Shown here: piece after piece, positions 53,315 to 61,218 of the stretch
Layout of the letters: every line of letters starts with the position of its first letter
How positions within the stretch are numbered: the stretch's first letter is position 1
DNA from: Pseudomonadota bacterium
GTDB taxonomy: Bacteria > Pseudomonadota > Gammaproteobacteria > Burkholderiales > Burkholderiaceae_C
Assembly (NCBI GenBank): GCA_041165285.1
Contig: JBEANV010000543.1
Coordinates: 24,908 to 88,907, forward strand
Length of the DNA stretch: 64,000 nt
Direction of reading: 5' to 3'
Position numbers and translations under genes: made by a program
The notes under the pieces: model-generated
Told to the model about the DNA's origin: nothing
The model's input: the letters and a program-made list of their open reading frames with translations, nothing else
The model's database searches: none

Positions 53315-53429
53315 GCGCTTGATGCCGCCGTGAACGGTGATTTGTTCACCCATCTCTGCCCAAATGCGAAAAGCCACGCATAATTAGTGCATTACCACAG
53401 ACCGGACCCCGAAAAATTGGGGGTAGCAC

Positions 53430-53954
53430 ATGGATGACCATAGCGGAGAACCCGCGCCAATTACCTTCGCCGGAAGAACATTCCTGGCGAACAAGCAGGG
53501 CCGGTACTGGCTCAATGAAATACTCATCGCGGCACAGGAAGCCGGGCTGGTCCCCGGCGTCACCGTGATGCCGTCCGAGTTTCGCCGCTCGCCAGCCGGT
53601 CGAGCGGCGCTGGCGTCCGAAGCAGGGAACCCCGCGGCGATCCGGTCATCCAGCAAAGGCGGCACGCGCGCAGTGCGGTCGATCGCCATGGCCTACGCCC
53701 GCTGGATCTCGCCCACTTTCGGAGCGCAGATTGATGCGACAGATGCGCTGGGTGCGGCAGTGCGCCTCATGGGGTTCGAGGTGCCAGCAGCGCTTGCAGG
53801 CTGGGCGACGTACACGATCCGCGACGAAGGTGCGGGCCTGACGTGGGCCGGGATTGACAGCAACCCCGCGGCCGTACTCCTGAGCGTGCGGCGCACAAAC
53901 CCGCTGGCCGATCTGGTCAGCGTCCAGTCCGTCACCGTGAGGCCGCAGGCATGA
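53430..53954 (+). CDS. KilA-N-like DNA-binding protein with degenerate GIY-YIG-like tail
   Basis: GRY.LN.I..AA...PS.F.R...GGT......AMAYA.WISP.F (KilA-N). Confidence 0.65.
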   Translation: MDDHSGEPAPITFAGRTFLANKQGRYWLNEILIAAQEAGLVPGVTVMPSEFRRSPAGRAALASEAGNPAAIRSSSKGGTRAVRSIAMAYARWISPTFGAQIDATDALGAAVRLMGFEVPAALAGWATYTIRDEGAGLTWAGIDSNPAAVLLSVRRTNPLADLVSVQSVTVRPQA

Positions 53955-54574
53955 CCATCCACGACATCCAAGCCGAGCTTGGCAGTTCAGCGGTTCTCCG
54001 TGCCCGCGTTGCGGCCCTTGAAGCCGCCCTTGATCAAAGCCACCGCGATGTTGCGCGGCTCGAAGTCTGCACCGGCGTCATGCGACGCGGCATCGAAGAG
54101 TCCCTTTGCTGCCTCTACCCGGACGATGCGGAATTCATCGGCGGAATGATCGACGAAGAGGCTTCGATTACGCTGCCGCGCGCGGTGAAGCTGGTCGCCG
54201 GTCGCCCATCCGCGCACATGACACGGCTGTGCGTGTTGGCTGCCGACGCCGAAGCGCTGGCGGCGCGCAACCTCGGGCAGGTGCTAATGACGAATGACCC
54301 AGAACAGGCCGTCCGTCAGGTGCTGAAGATGCTGGCAGCAGAGGTAACCCGGCTGGCATCCGTGCAGGATGCCGATAACCACCGCTTGCGCGCGGTGCAT
54401 GAGCACTTGTTCGTCCGCATGTTCCCCTATACCGACGGCGACGAACTCGCCGCCACTGCAGGCAATACAACGCCTGGACCGGGCGAGGGCAACGAACTGC
54501 GTGACCGGATCGTGAGCATGATCGACGCGCTGGCCGGCTTCGTCGAAGAGCCGCAAGGGGGCGCGAATGGCTGA
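53951..54574 (+). CDS. Hypothetical protein
   Basis: ATGA overlap with upstream gene. Confidence 0.5.
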   Translation: MTIHDIQAELGSSAVLRARVAALEAALDQSHRDVARLEVCTGVMRRGIEESLCCLYPDDAEFIGGMIDEEASITLPRAVKLVAGRPSAHMTRLCVLAADAEALAARNLGQVLMTNDPEQAVRQVLKMLAAEVTRLASVQDADNHRLRAVHEHLFVRMFPYTDGDELAATAGNTTPGPGEGNELRDRIVSMIDALAGFVEEPQGGANG

Positions 54575-54764
54575 CTTGCTGCGCGCGGTGCAGGTGTGGG
54601 CGCTTGAGTTGCGCGTCCGCCGACTTGAGCACGCACGGGATCGCCAGCTCCAGATTGCCGCCGCCTACTCGGCGAATGCCAGAACCCACCGGGCGGCTGC
54701 TGCTTGGTACGAACGCCGGATCGAGGCCGCGAATTTTGCGGTTCGCTCGGCAAACAGCGAGTGA
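54567..54764 (+). CDS. Small hypothetical protein
   Basis: Overlaps upstream gene in the same operon. Confidence 0.4.
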   Translation: MADLLRAVQVWALELRVRRLEHARDRQLQIAAAYSANARTHRAAAAWYERRIEAANFAVRSANSE

Positions 54765-54768
54765 CACC

Positions 54769-54978
54769 ATGATAGGAATCGGAAAAAAGTTCGGCGCGAT
54801 GCTGGTATCCATGGCGGCAGGGATTGGCGCATGGGTGTCGTCAGCAGGAGAGCCTGTGTCGCTGCCCAGCATGGGCGGCGGCGACAACCCCTGGCGCAAG
54901 TCGCGGCGCACCGGGCGCGGCACGCACAAGCAAGTCCGGCGCAAGCTGGTGAAGGGGCGCCCCCGTGTCCACCACTGA
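54769..54978 (+). CDS. Small basic hypothetical protein
   Basis: Hydrophobic N-terminus, Arg/Lys-rich tail. Confidence 0.35.
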   Translation: MIGIGKKFGAMLVSMAAGIGAWVSSAGEPVSLPSMGGGDNPWRKSRRTGRGTHKQVRRKLVKGRPRVHH

Positions 54979-55168
54979 ACAGCGATTTTCCGGCGACGTG
55001 GCCATGGTCGGCGGCATCCGGTACGAAGCGCGGCCGGGGAAATCCTGCCTGCCGTGCGCAGGGAGCCACCCGCCACACTCGTGCGCTCAACTCCCCCCGT
55101 GCGGCGCACGGACACGGGCCGATGGTCGGTCGGTGTACTGGGAGATGCAACCGAAGGAACCGTCATGA
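54965..55168 (+). CDS. Small Cys-containing hypothetical protein
   Basis: CxxC...C...C...R.DG.SV.W motif. Confidence 0.4.
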   Translation: MSTTEQRFSGDVAMVGGIRYEARPGKSCLPCAGSHPPHSCAQLPPCGARTRADGRSVYWEMQPKEPS

Positions 55169-55386
55169 CCTCCGCACAACTGCGCATCCTTGAAGTGCTT
55201 TTCGACCTCGCTGGCTGGGCTTGCGCTACCGCACTGCGGCGCCACGGCGCACAGCCGGCCTATGCTCCAGCGATGGCTGATTCTGGCGAAATCCAGCGGC
55301 GCACCAGCATCGGGCCGACTGGTCTGCCGTTCACTGAATACCGGCTTGCCGCAATTGAAGGGGCCGTCGATGTTGGTGCTGGATGA
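55165..55386 (+). CDS. Small hypothetical protein
   Basis: AAGGA RBS, ATGA overlap. Confidence 0.4.
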   Translation: MTSAQLRILEVLFDLAGWACATALRRHGAQPAYAPAMADSGEIQRRTSIGPTGLPFTEYRLAAIEGAVDVGAG

Positions 55387-55582
55387 CCCACTACTTACCT
55401 TGCCGCAAGCCATGGCGCTACTCGGTGTCAGCAAGTCGTGGCTGTACAAGATGCGCCAGCAGGGGCGCGTGAGCTTCACGAAGCTGGGCGGCATGACGCG
55501 CATCCGCCGCTCACAGCTCGAACGGCTGCCCGTGGATGCCGAGTTGCCCGCGAATTGCCTCCGCAGCACTGGCACCGCCTGA
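55370..55582 (+). CDS. xis: Excisionase-type HTH protein
   Basis: LLT..QA..LLGVSKS.LY.....G.....K.G...RI....L; abuts the att site. Confidence 0.8.
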   Translation: MLVLDDPLLTLPQAMALLGVSKSWLYKMRQQGRVSFTKLGGMTRIRRSQLERLPVDAELPANCLRSTGTA

Positions 55583-55588
55583 AAAGGC

Positions 55589-55623
55589 CAAGGGGTTACA
55601 GCCTTTTGAGCTGTAACCCCTTG
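55589..55623. terminator. 14-bp perfect hairpin next to the att site
   Basis: CAAGGGGTTACAGC-7 nt-GCTGTAACCCCTTG; lies 3' of the tRNA fragment on the minus strand and 3' of xis on the plus strand. Confidence 0.75.
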
Positions 55624-55630
55624 ATTTCAT

Positions 55631-55674
55631 TGGTCGGGACGGTGGGATTCGAACTCACGACCCCTTGCACCCCA
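55631..55674 (-). mobile_element. att core: 3' half of tRNA-Pro(GGG), not a complete tRNA
   Basis: Minus strand TGGGGTGCAAGGGGTCGTGAGTTCGAATCCCACCGTCCCGACCA contains the anticodon loop, T-loop GTTCGAATC and CCA end; the 5' half is absent; lies between xis and int. Confidence 0.85.
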
Positions 55675-55874
55675 TTTATGTGGCTAGGCAATCACAACCC
55701 GCCGGCCACGTCCACACCGACCTGGGTGGACTCCTTGTAAATCAAGGACTTAGCTCAAAATTTGTCCACGGCTCGCCACAGGTTTACAGCCGAATCTACG
55801 GACGAATTGCCTCTGAATTGCCCGCAGCTCCTGCCGATAGTAGGGTGGCGCCGCCACAACACCACAGGAACACC

Positions 55875-57338
55875 ATGGGCATCGAAGCAGGAACCCGGCA
55901 CAAGGTCAGCGTGCGACACGCAGAAGTGCGCGCGTGGGCGAAGTCAGCGCAGCCGCGCGATGAACTGCGCGCGGGAAAGGGGCTGTACTTGCGCTGCACG
56001 AATGCGGGCCTGCACTGGCTGTACCGGTACGCATCCCCGGAGACCGGGAAGCAGGTGCGCGTGTGGCTATGGGCTGATGACGCAGCGGGTCTGATCGGCT
56101 TCCCCGATGCCGCGCTGGAAGAGGCAGAGCGCCGCGCTGCTCGATTGCGGGCGGCCGTGCTTGATGGCGTAGACCCCGTACTGCGCGCAGAACAGGCTCG
56201 GGCCGCCGCCGATGCCGCCCAGGCTGCGCAGGATGAGGAGCAGCGCCGACGAATCACCGTGCGCGACCTGTTCGACCGATGGCGGGACGTGGAACTGGTC
56301 CGGCGCTCCCTGCCCAATGGCGACAGTACGGGCCGGCGCGACTCGGGCGCGCTGGCTGGCGACACGTTCCGGCGCCACGTGTTCCCGATCATCGGCGACA
56401 TGGCCGCTGAAGCAGTCGGACGCGCCGACGTACTGCGGGTGATAGACGCGCAGGTGACGGCCGGGAAGCAGCGCACGGCACAGATGATTTTCGCTGATCT
56501 GCGGCAGATGCTGGCCTTCGGGCTTGACCGCGAGCTGATCACCATCAACCCCATGGCTACGCTGAAGAAGTCGCGGATCGTGGGGACTTCGACCGAGCGC
56601 GAGCGCGCCCTGTCCACAGAAGAGATTCAGGCGCTGGCGCAGCAGTTGCCAGCGGCCCGCATGAGTCCGCGCAGCGTGCTTGCGGTCTGGGTGACGCTGG
56701 CAACTGGCTGTCGCGTTGGCGAAGTCATGGGCGCCGCGTGGGCGGACCTTGCGACCGACCGCGCCGCGCTGGTGGCGCTGGCCGATGGTGTCGGGTCGAA
56801 GTGCGGCTTTGTCGATCTGCCGGGGCGGTCCTGGTACATCCCGGACACGAAAAGCGGCCGGGATCACACCGTCCACCTCTCGCCGTTTGCAGTATTGATT
56901 TTCAAGATGCTGCGCGGAATGCGAGATGAAGGGCCATGGGTGTTCGCAAACAGTGCCGGCAGTGCCCCACTGGACGCCAAGACCTTCGCGAAGCAGCTTG
57001 GTGACCGCCAGCGCACGGCAGACCAGCAAATCAAGGGCCGGACGAAAGCCGTGGGCGCGCTGATCCTCCCTGGCGGGCGATGGACCCCGCACGACTTGCG
57101 CCGCACCGCCGCGTCAATCATGGCCGCGCTTGGCGTCAACGGCGACGTGATCGACGAATGTCTTAACCATCAAATCGAAAGCCGGATTCGGCGCACATAC
57201 ATCCGGGACCGGCGCGAAGCCGATCAGGCGCGCGCCTTTGACGCGCTGGGCGCCCGCCTGTCTGGGCTTGCGGGCTTGGTCGTTGCAGGCGGTCACCCGG
57301 CCGACTTGCCGAACATGCCGGGCAGATCGACCCCGTAG
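55875..57338 (+). CDS. int: Tyrosine integrase with N-terminal arm-binding domain (P4-like)
   Basis: GLYLR...W.YRY arm domain; catalytic TGCR..E, TK, HDLRR, LNH and Y residues; AGGA RBS. Confidence 0.92.
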   Translation: MGIEAGTRHKVSVRHAEVRAWAKSAQPRDELRAGKGLYLRCTNAGLHWLYRYASPETGKQVRVWLWADDAAGLIGFPDAALEEAERRAARLRAAVLDGVDPVLRAEQARAAADAAQAAQDEEQRRRITVRDLFDRWRDVELVRRSLPNGDSTGRRDSGALAGDTFRRHVFPIIGDMAAEAVGRADVLRVIDAQVTAGKQRTAQMIFADLRQMLAFGLDRELITINPMATLKKSRIVGTSTERERALSTEEIQALAQQLPAARMSPRSVLAVWVTLATGCRVGEVMGAAWADLATDRAALVALADGVGSKCGFVDLPGRSWYIPDTKSGRDHTVHLSPFAVLIFKMLRGMRDEGPWVFANSAGSAPLDAKTFAKQLGDRQRTADQQIKGRTKAVGALILPGGRWTPHDLRRTAASIMAALGVNGDVIDECLNHQIESRIRRTYIRDRREADQARAFDALGARLSGLAGLVVAGGHPADLPNMPGRSTP

Positions 57339-58081
57339 ACGGCCTTCCAGGCCGCTGCCGGCCACGCCTTCACCGTGCCGAATCGAGCATCAGGCACCTC
57401 AACGGCCGACAGCCCGGCCACCTTGCACCAGCGGCGCAGCGGCACCCAGTCGAGTGTCTTCTTCAACGCCCGTTCGACGGCGGCAACCGTGGCGTGCCGC
57501 TGGCTGGCCCCCAGCTCTTCGCGAAGCCGTTCCGCCTCCCTGGTGGCGCGTGCGGCCGTGTTCATGGCCGTGGCCTCGCGCTTCGATCCGATCATGGCCT
57601 TTGTGCGGATGGCCTCGTCTCTCTCGGCTTCCGCCTTCAACTTCGCCTCTTCGGACTCCATTGCAAGCCGCAGGATCTCTATGCGCGACAGCTCAACGGG
57701 TGTGGCAATCTGCTGGTAGCGGCCAGTCTTGCGGATGGCCGGCAGCACCTCGGACGTGACCCACCGCTTGAACGGCTTGGCCTCCGGCTTGCGGCTGACA
57801 AGGATCAGCGAGTACAGGCCGGACTCGTTGATGGTGGTGGCAGACTGCCTCCGACCCATGCTGTCGATGATGTCGGTAGTACCGACATCATCCAAATCCA
57901 GCCGGGAAACAGCGTCCCGGCTGTTCTCGATGGAAAGCGCGTGGCACACATCGGCGGCCACGAACCAAGGATCACCCGCATCGTCGAGGATGGCGCGGAC
58001 GGTGAAGCTCGCCGTCTCGCTCAGGTGAAAGGTGAAGGTGCGTGTGGACGCGCCACGGGAAGGGGTGGTGAGATTGCTCAA
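57293..58081 (-). CDS. BRO-N family antirepressor-like protein
   Basis: PWFVAADVC.AL...INESGLYSLIL.SRKPEAK.FKRWVTSEVLPAIRKTG; probable TTG start after GGAG. Confidence 0.85.
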   Translation of the reverse strand: MSNLTTPSRGASTRTFTFHLSETASFTVRAILDDAGDPWFVAADVCHALSIENSRDAVSRLDLDDVGTTDIIDSMGRRQSATTINESGLYSLILVSRKPEAKPFKRWVTSEVLPAIRKTGRYQQIATPVELSRIEILRLAMESEEAKLKAEAERDEAIRTKAMIGSKREATAMNTAARATREAERLREELGASQRHATVAAVERALKKTLDWVPLRRWCKVAGLSAVEVPDARFGTVKAWPAAAWKAVYGVDLPGMFGKSAG

Positions 58082-58149
58082 GATGACTCCACGGCCAATG
58101 TGGCCCGGCTCCTGCCGGGTGAATGAACTTGCCGCAGAACGCAAAAAGC

Positions 58150-58220
58150 CCATTGGGCCGTCGTGCGTCTGGGATTGGCCCCCAGACCCCTCATCGAAGA
58201 GGTACACGACGGCCCAATGG
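58150..58220 (-). ncRNA. Second C4/CI-like structured RNA in the BRO gene leader
   Basis: 16-bp perfect outer stem (58150-58165/58205-58220) enclosing two hairpins; loop GGCCAAU has complements up- and downstream; followed by a U-run. Confidence 0.6.
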
Positions 58221-58431
58221 ACTCGTCTGCATCTCGACAGTGTAGGAGGCCAATCCCTGCGTCAAGACGCCGATATGGTACCAGAACACCACCTAGATTG
58301 GCGCAGCCGCTACCCTGGTGATTCCTGCGGCCGGAAGCTCCCCATAAAAGGGGAGCTTCACAAAGATGCACATTGCCCGATTGTTTTCGGAGTCATAAAA
58401 TGGCGCACCCGCAACCCGCCAAGAACTCCAC

Positions 58432-58635
58432 ATGACGCCCCAGCCCATCCCCACCCCCATCAAGCGCGGGCGCGGCCGTCCGCCCATCCACGGCGAGACC
58501 GCCACCACGCGCGTGCAGATCCGCGTCCCGCTCTTCGCAAAAGCGCAATGGGACCGCGTTGGATCGCCTGAGCTTTTCATGCGCTGGCTGTGCGAGCTTG
58601 AAAAAAACTCCACTGCACCTGTTGACGGTGCGTAA
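58432..58635 (+). CDS. Small DNA-binding protein (AT-hook/ribbon-helix-helix-like)
   Basis: KRGRGRPP...TRVQIRVP. Confidence 0.55.
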   Translation: MTPQPIPTPIKRGRGRPPIHGETATTRVQIRVPLFAKAQWDRVGSPELFMRWLCELEKNSTAPVDGA

Positions 58636-58651
58636 TTTCGGAGTACATAAT
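58622..58651 (+). promoter_or_regulatory. Sigma70 promoter of rightward early genes
   Basis: TTGACG-18 nt-CATAAT with TTTCGGAGT in the spacer. Confidence 0.55.
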
Positions 58652-58680
58652 TAGACACCAACTCACCAGCAGGAACTGAC

Positions 58681-59076
58681 ATGCAACGCACCGCAAAAAC
58701 CACCGCAGCAATCGCCGATTTCATGGCCGTGGCCGCCGCCAACGGCGTGCGAGTCATCGCCGCCGCCCTTGGCGCCGACAGCGAGCTGGTGCGCACGAAC
58801 CGCGTGAAGCAGATCCGCGTGATCAAGGATCGGCTGGCATACGGGTTCGACGAACTCGGCAATGTGGTTGCCCTGTGCGCAGACGGCTTCATCCGCCAGT
58901 TCTGCGGCGAAGGCGAGCCGCGCGGACACGTCGCACCGGCAATCGTCATCCGCAGCCGCGCTGAAGTCATCGGCGAACTGGCGCACCGGTTCGGCAAGAC
59001 ATTTGAGTTCGCCGACAAGTTCTACGCGGCCATGAGCACGGAAAACCTGTGCCGAGTCGCTGCCCGCACCGCCTGA
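58681..59076 (+). CDS. Hypothetical early protein
   Basis: AGGA RBS. Confidence 0.6.
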   Translation: MQRTAKTTAAIADFMAVAAANGVRVIAAALGADSELVRTNRVKQIRVIKDRLAYGFDELGNVVALCADGFIRQFCGEGEPRGHVAPAIVIRSRAEVIGELAHRFGKTFEFADKFYAAMSTENLCRVAARTA

Positions 59077-59105
59077 CCGCCTGACCACATCCACAAGGAA
59101 TCCCC

Positions 59106-59636
59106 ATGAAAACCTACACCATCGCCACTGCCTCCGACATGATGATCGCCATAGTTCCAGATGGCCAGGACATCGCCGCTGAAGTCTCCCGGACTGCAGA
59201 TGAGGCCGGCGTTACGTTCGACGGCTTCGACACCACCAGCGGCCTGACGCTGACCGATGAGCCGGCCGAAAATGACCGGATCGTGGTCTACGGCGACAAG
59301 ATGGGCCGCATCACCGACGAAGACGGCATCGGGTACCGATTCGCCGTAGTGCGAGAAGATCCGCTAGCCCGCTTCCGTCGATCAGACGAGGCGCTGACTC
59401 TTGAGTTCGGCAGCCGCGCCGGCTATCTCGACACCCTGAAGGATGTCCTGCTATCAGCTCGCTCCCGCCTTGCAAGCGGGTTTGCTGCAGACAACGCCCG
59501 CATGACGTCAGCGGACAAAGAGTTCTTTGATGCGCACTTTGGCCAAGAAGACGAAGGCGCATGGGTGGAACAGCGTCAGAGCCTCATTGCCAGCCTTGAG
59601 CGATACATCGCCGCAAACGCCATCCTGAGCATCTGA
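59106..59636 (+). CDS. Hypothetical early protein (C-terminal domain paralogous to 60147..60581)
   Basis: AAGGA RBS; FGSRAGYL...WVEQRQSLIASLE. Confidence 0.6.
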   Translation: MKTYTIATASDMMIAIVPDGQDIAAEVSRTADEAGVTFDGFDTTSGLTLTDEPAENDRIVVYGDKMGRITDEDGIGYRFAVVREDPLARFRRSDEALTLEFGSRAGYLDTLKDVLLSARSRLASGFAADNARMTSADKEFFDAHFGQEDEGAWVEQRQSLIASLERYIAANAILSI

Positions 59637-59649
59637 CGGGCCGCCATCA

Positions 59650-60078
59650 ATGACCCCCGTAGCAGCACTCACCGCCCCGTACCGTCACAGCGGCACCCCA
59701 CTGCACGAACAGTGCGGGCAGCACGTCGCCGACATGCTGCGCACTGCCGCCGCCGCAGTTGTCGCGGCACGCAACGAGTACCGGCGCGCGGACTGGAAAA
59801 ACACCCGCCCGCTTGAGTCGATCACGCTGGAAGGGCAGTTCTTTCGGTTTGTCCGGGAAGTTGCCGAACTTGAAGCAGCCGGGAAGATCGGCACCGCAGT
59901 GTCAAGCGGTCGCACGGGGCTGAACATCCCCGGCGCGTACAACGACGTGAAGGCCAGATTTCTGGCGTTCACGTCGCCGGCTGGCGACCGCATCAACGAG
60001 AAGCAGAATCTTCTCCAGTCGTTCGAGAACCGCCGCACCACGGCCCAGGCGATCGCAGCTATGGGTAATGACGACTGA
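59650..60078 (+). CDS. Hypothetical early protein
   Basis: Co-oriented ORF in the same operon. Confidence 0.5.
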   Translation: MTPVAALTAPYRHSGTPLHEQCGQHVADMLRTAAAAVVAARNEYRRADWKNTRPLESITLEGQFFRFVREVAELEAAGKIGTAVSSGRTGLNIPGAYNDVKARFLAFTSPAGDRINEKQNLLQSFENRRTTAQAIAAMGNDD

Positions 60079-60146
60079 CCCAGCCCCGCAAGGGGCTTGC
60101 AAGAGCATCGCGCCGCGGTGCTGCTGCAAGCCAACCACCCGCAAGA

Positions 60147-60581
60147 ATGAAACCATCCCGCATCTCAGAAACAGAGCTGATTGCAGCCTTTGGCGGCCGT
60201 GCCGCCTACCTGTCGATGCTGCGCGCCGATCTTGCCGCGGCCGTGACGCAACTCGGGGCGGGGTTCCCGTCCGGCCTGATTCCGCACGGCGATCCAACGA
60301 CATGGGAGCTGCAGCGCCGGTCTGTCATTGCGGCCCTTGAAGCCGTCATTGAGGAAAATGGCGAACACCCGCAGCACGACCTTGACGATGAAGCAGTCTC
60401 CAGGCTGATTGACCTGCAGGCAATGCCGCGCCATGAGGTCGCAATCCTGTGTGCCCAGCGCGGGAAGTTTGCCCGCATCTACGCGGGCCTCGCCAGTGCC
60501 TACCGCGCAGGCGCTGGCGATGCGGAGCTTGGTCGGATATTCCGCGAAGAAGCTGGGTTTGCAGCGGTATTCCCGCCGTGA
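60147..60581 (+). CDS. Hypothetical early protein
   Basis: FGGRAAYL...WELQRRSVIAALE. Confidence 0.55.
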   Translation: MKPSRISETELIAAFGGRAAYLSMLRADLAAAVTQLGAGFPSGLIPHGDPTTWELQRRSVIAALEAVIEENGEHPQHDLDDEAVSRLIDLQAMPRHEVAILCAQRGKFARIYAGLASAYRAGAGDAELGRIFREEAGFAAVFPP

Positions 60582-60633
60582 TCCTGAGCTGAAGGCAACT
60601 GAGGTCATCATGGCCTCAGTTGCCCGCTGCACG

Positions 60634-61218
60634 TCAAAACCCCAACTTTGCCGCCGCGGTCCCGCCGCGCTCCCGCTCACGACGTTCATCGCGCCGCTTG
60701 CGGTAGAGGTCGCGCGGCTCGACTTCGCGCACTGGCGCCGCCGCAGCGTTGCGCGTCAGGTAGGCGCGCAGTTCATCGACTTTCCACAGCAGCAGCCGGT
60801 TATTGCTCGGGTCCGAGTACGGGATCACCGTTTTGCACGGCGACCCGCTCAAGAATGACCACTTGTTGAGGCACGACACCGACCGCCCGACCAGGGCCGC
60901 AGCGCGCGGCGTGGCCACATAGGCGGCCGTCTCTTGTGCAATGTCAGCAGTCGGGATGGACCCGCCCCGACCACGCCCAGGCACGTACTCGAATTCTTTG
61001 ATGGCCTGCACTGCCTCGGCAAGACCGGCCAGCTTCCCGAATTCGTAGGACCGCCGATCAAGCGCAAGCTGCTCAGGCGTCAGGCGTTCGTACCCCGGCG
61101 ATGCCGACACGCTCGCTTCGGCCGCTGCCTTCGCCCGGTCGATCATCGTCAGCGTCGCCGCTGTACCGGCCAGCATTGCGCGTGCATCACGCGACGAACG
61201 CCCCTTTGAGTTTGTCAT
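60634..61218 (-). CDS. Hypothetical protein with xis-like HTH in C-terminal half
   Basis: AAALVGRSVS.L.KW...LW....L.AY. Confidence 0.5.
   Translation of the reverse strand: MTNSKGRSSRDARAMLAGTAATLTMIDRAKAAAEASVSASPGYERLTPEQLALDRRSYEFGKLAGLAEAVQAIKEFEYVPGRGRGGSIPTADIAQETAAYVATPRAAALVGRSVSCLNKWSFLSGSPCKTVIPYSDPSNNRLLLWKVDELRAYLTRNAAAAPVREVEPRDLYRKRRDERRERERGGTAAAKLGF

Noticed and set aside
55631-55674. Complete tRNA-Pro gene
   Set aside because: Similarity stops at the anticodon loop; no D-arm or 5' acceptor strand follows, so it is an att core.
58082-58207. N-terminal extension of the BRO ORF
   Set aside because: Runs through the structured RNA; the TTG at 58081 has a GGAG RBS.
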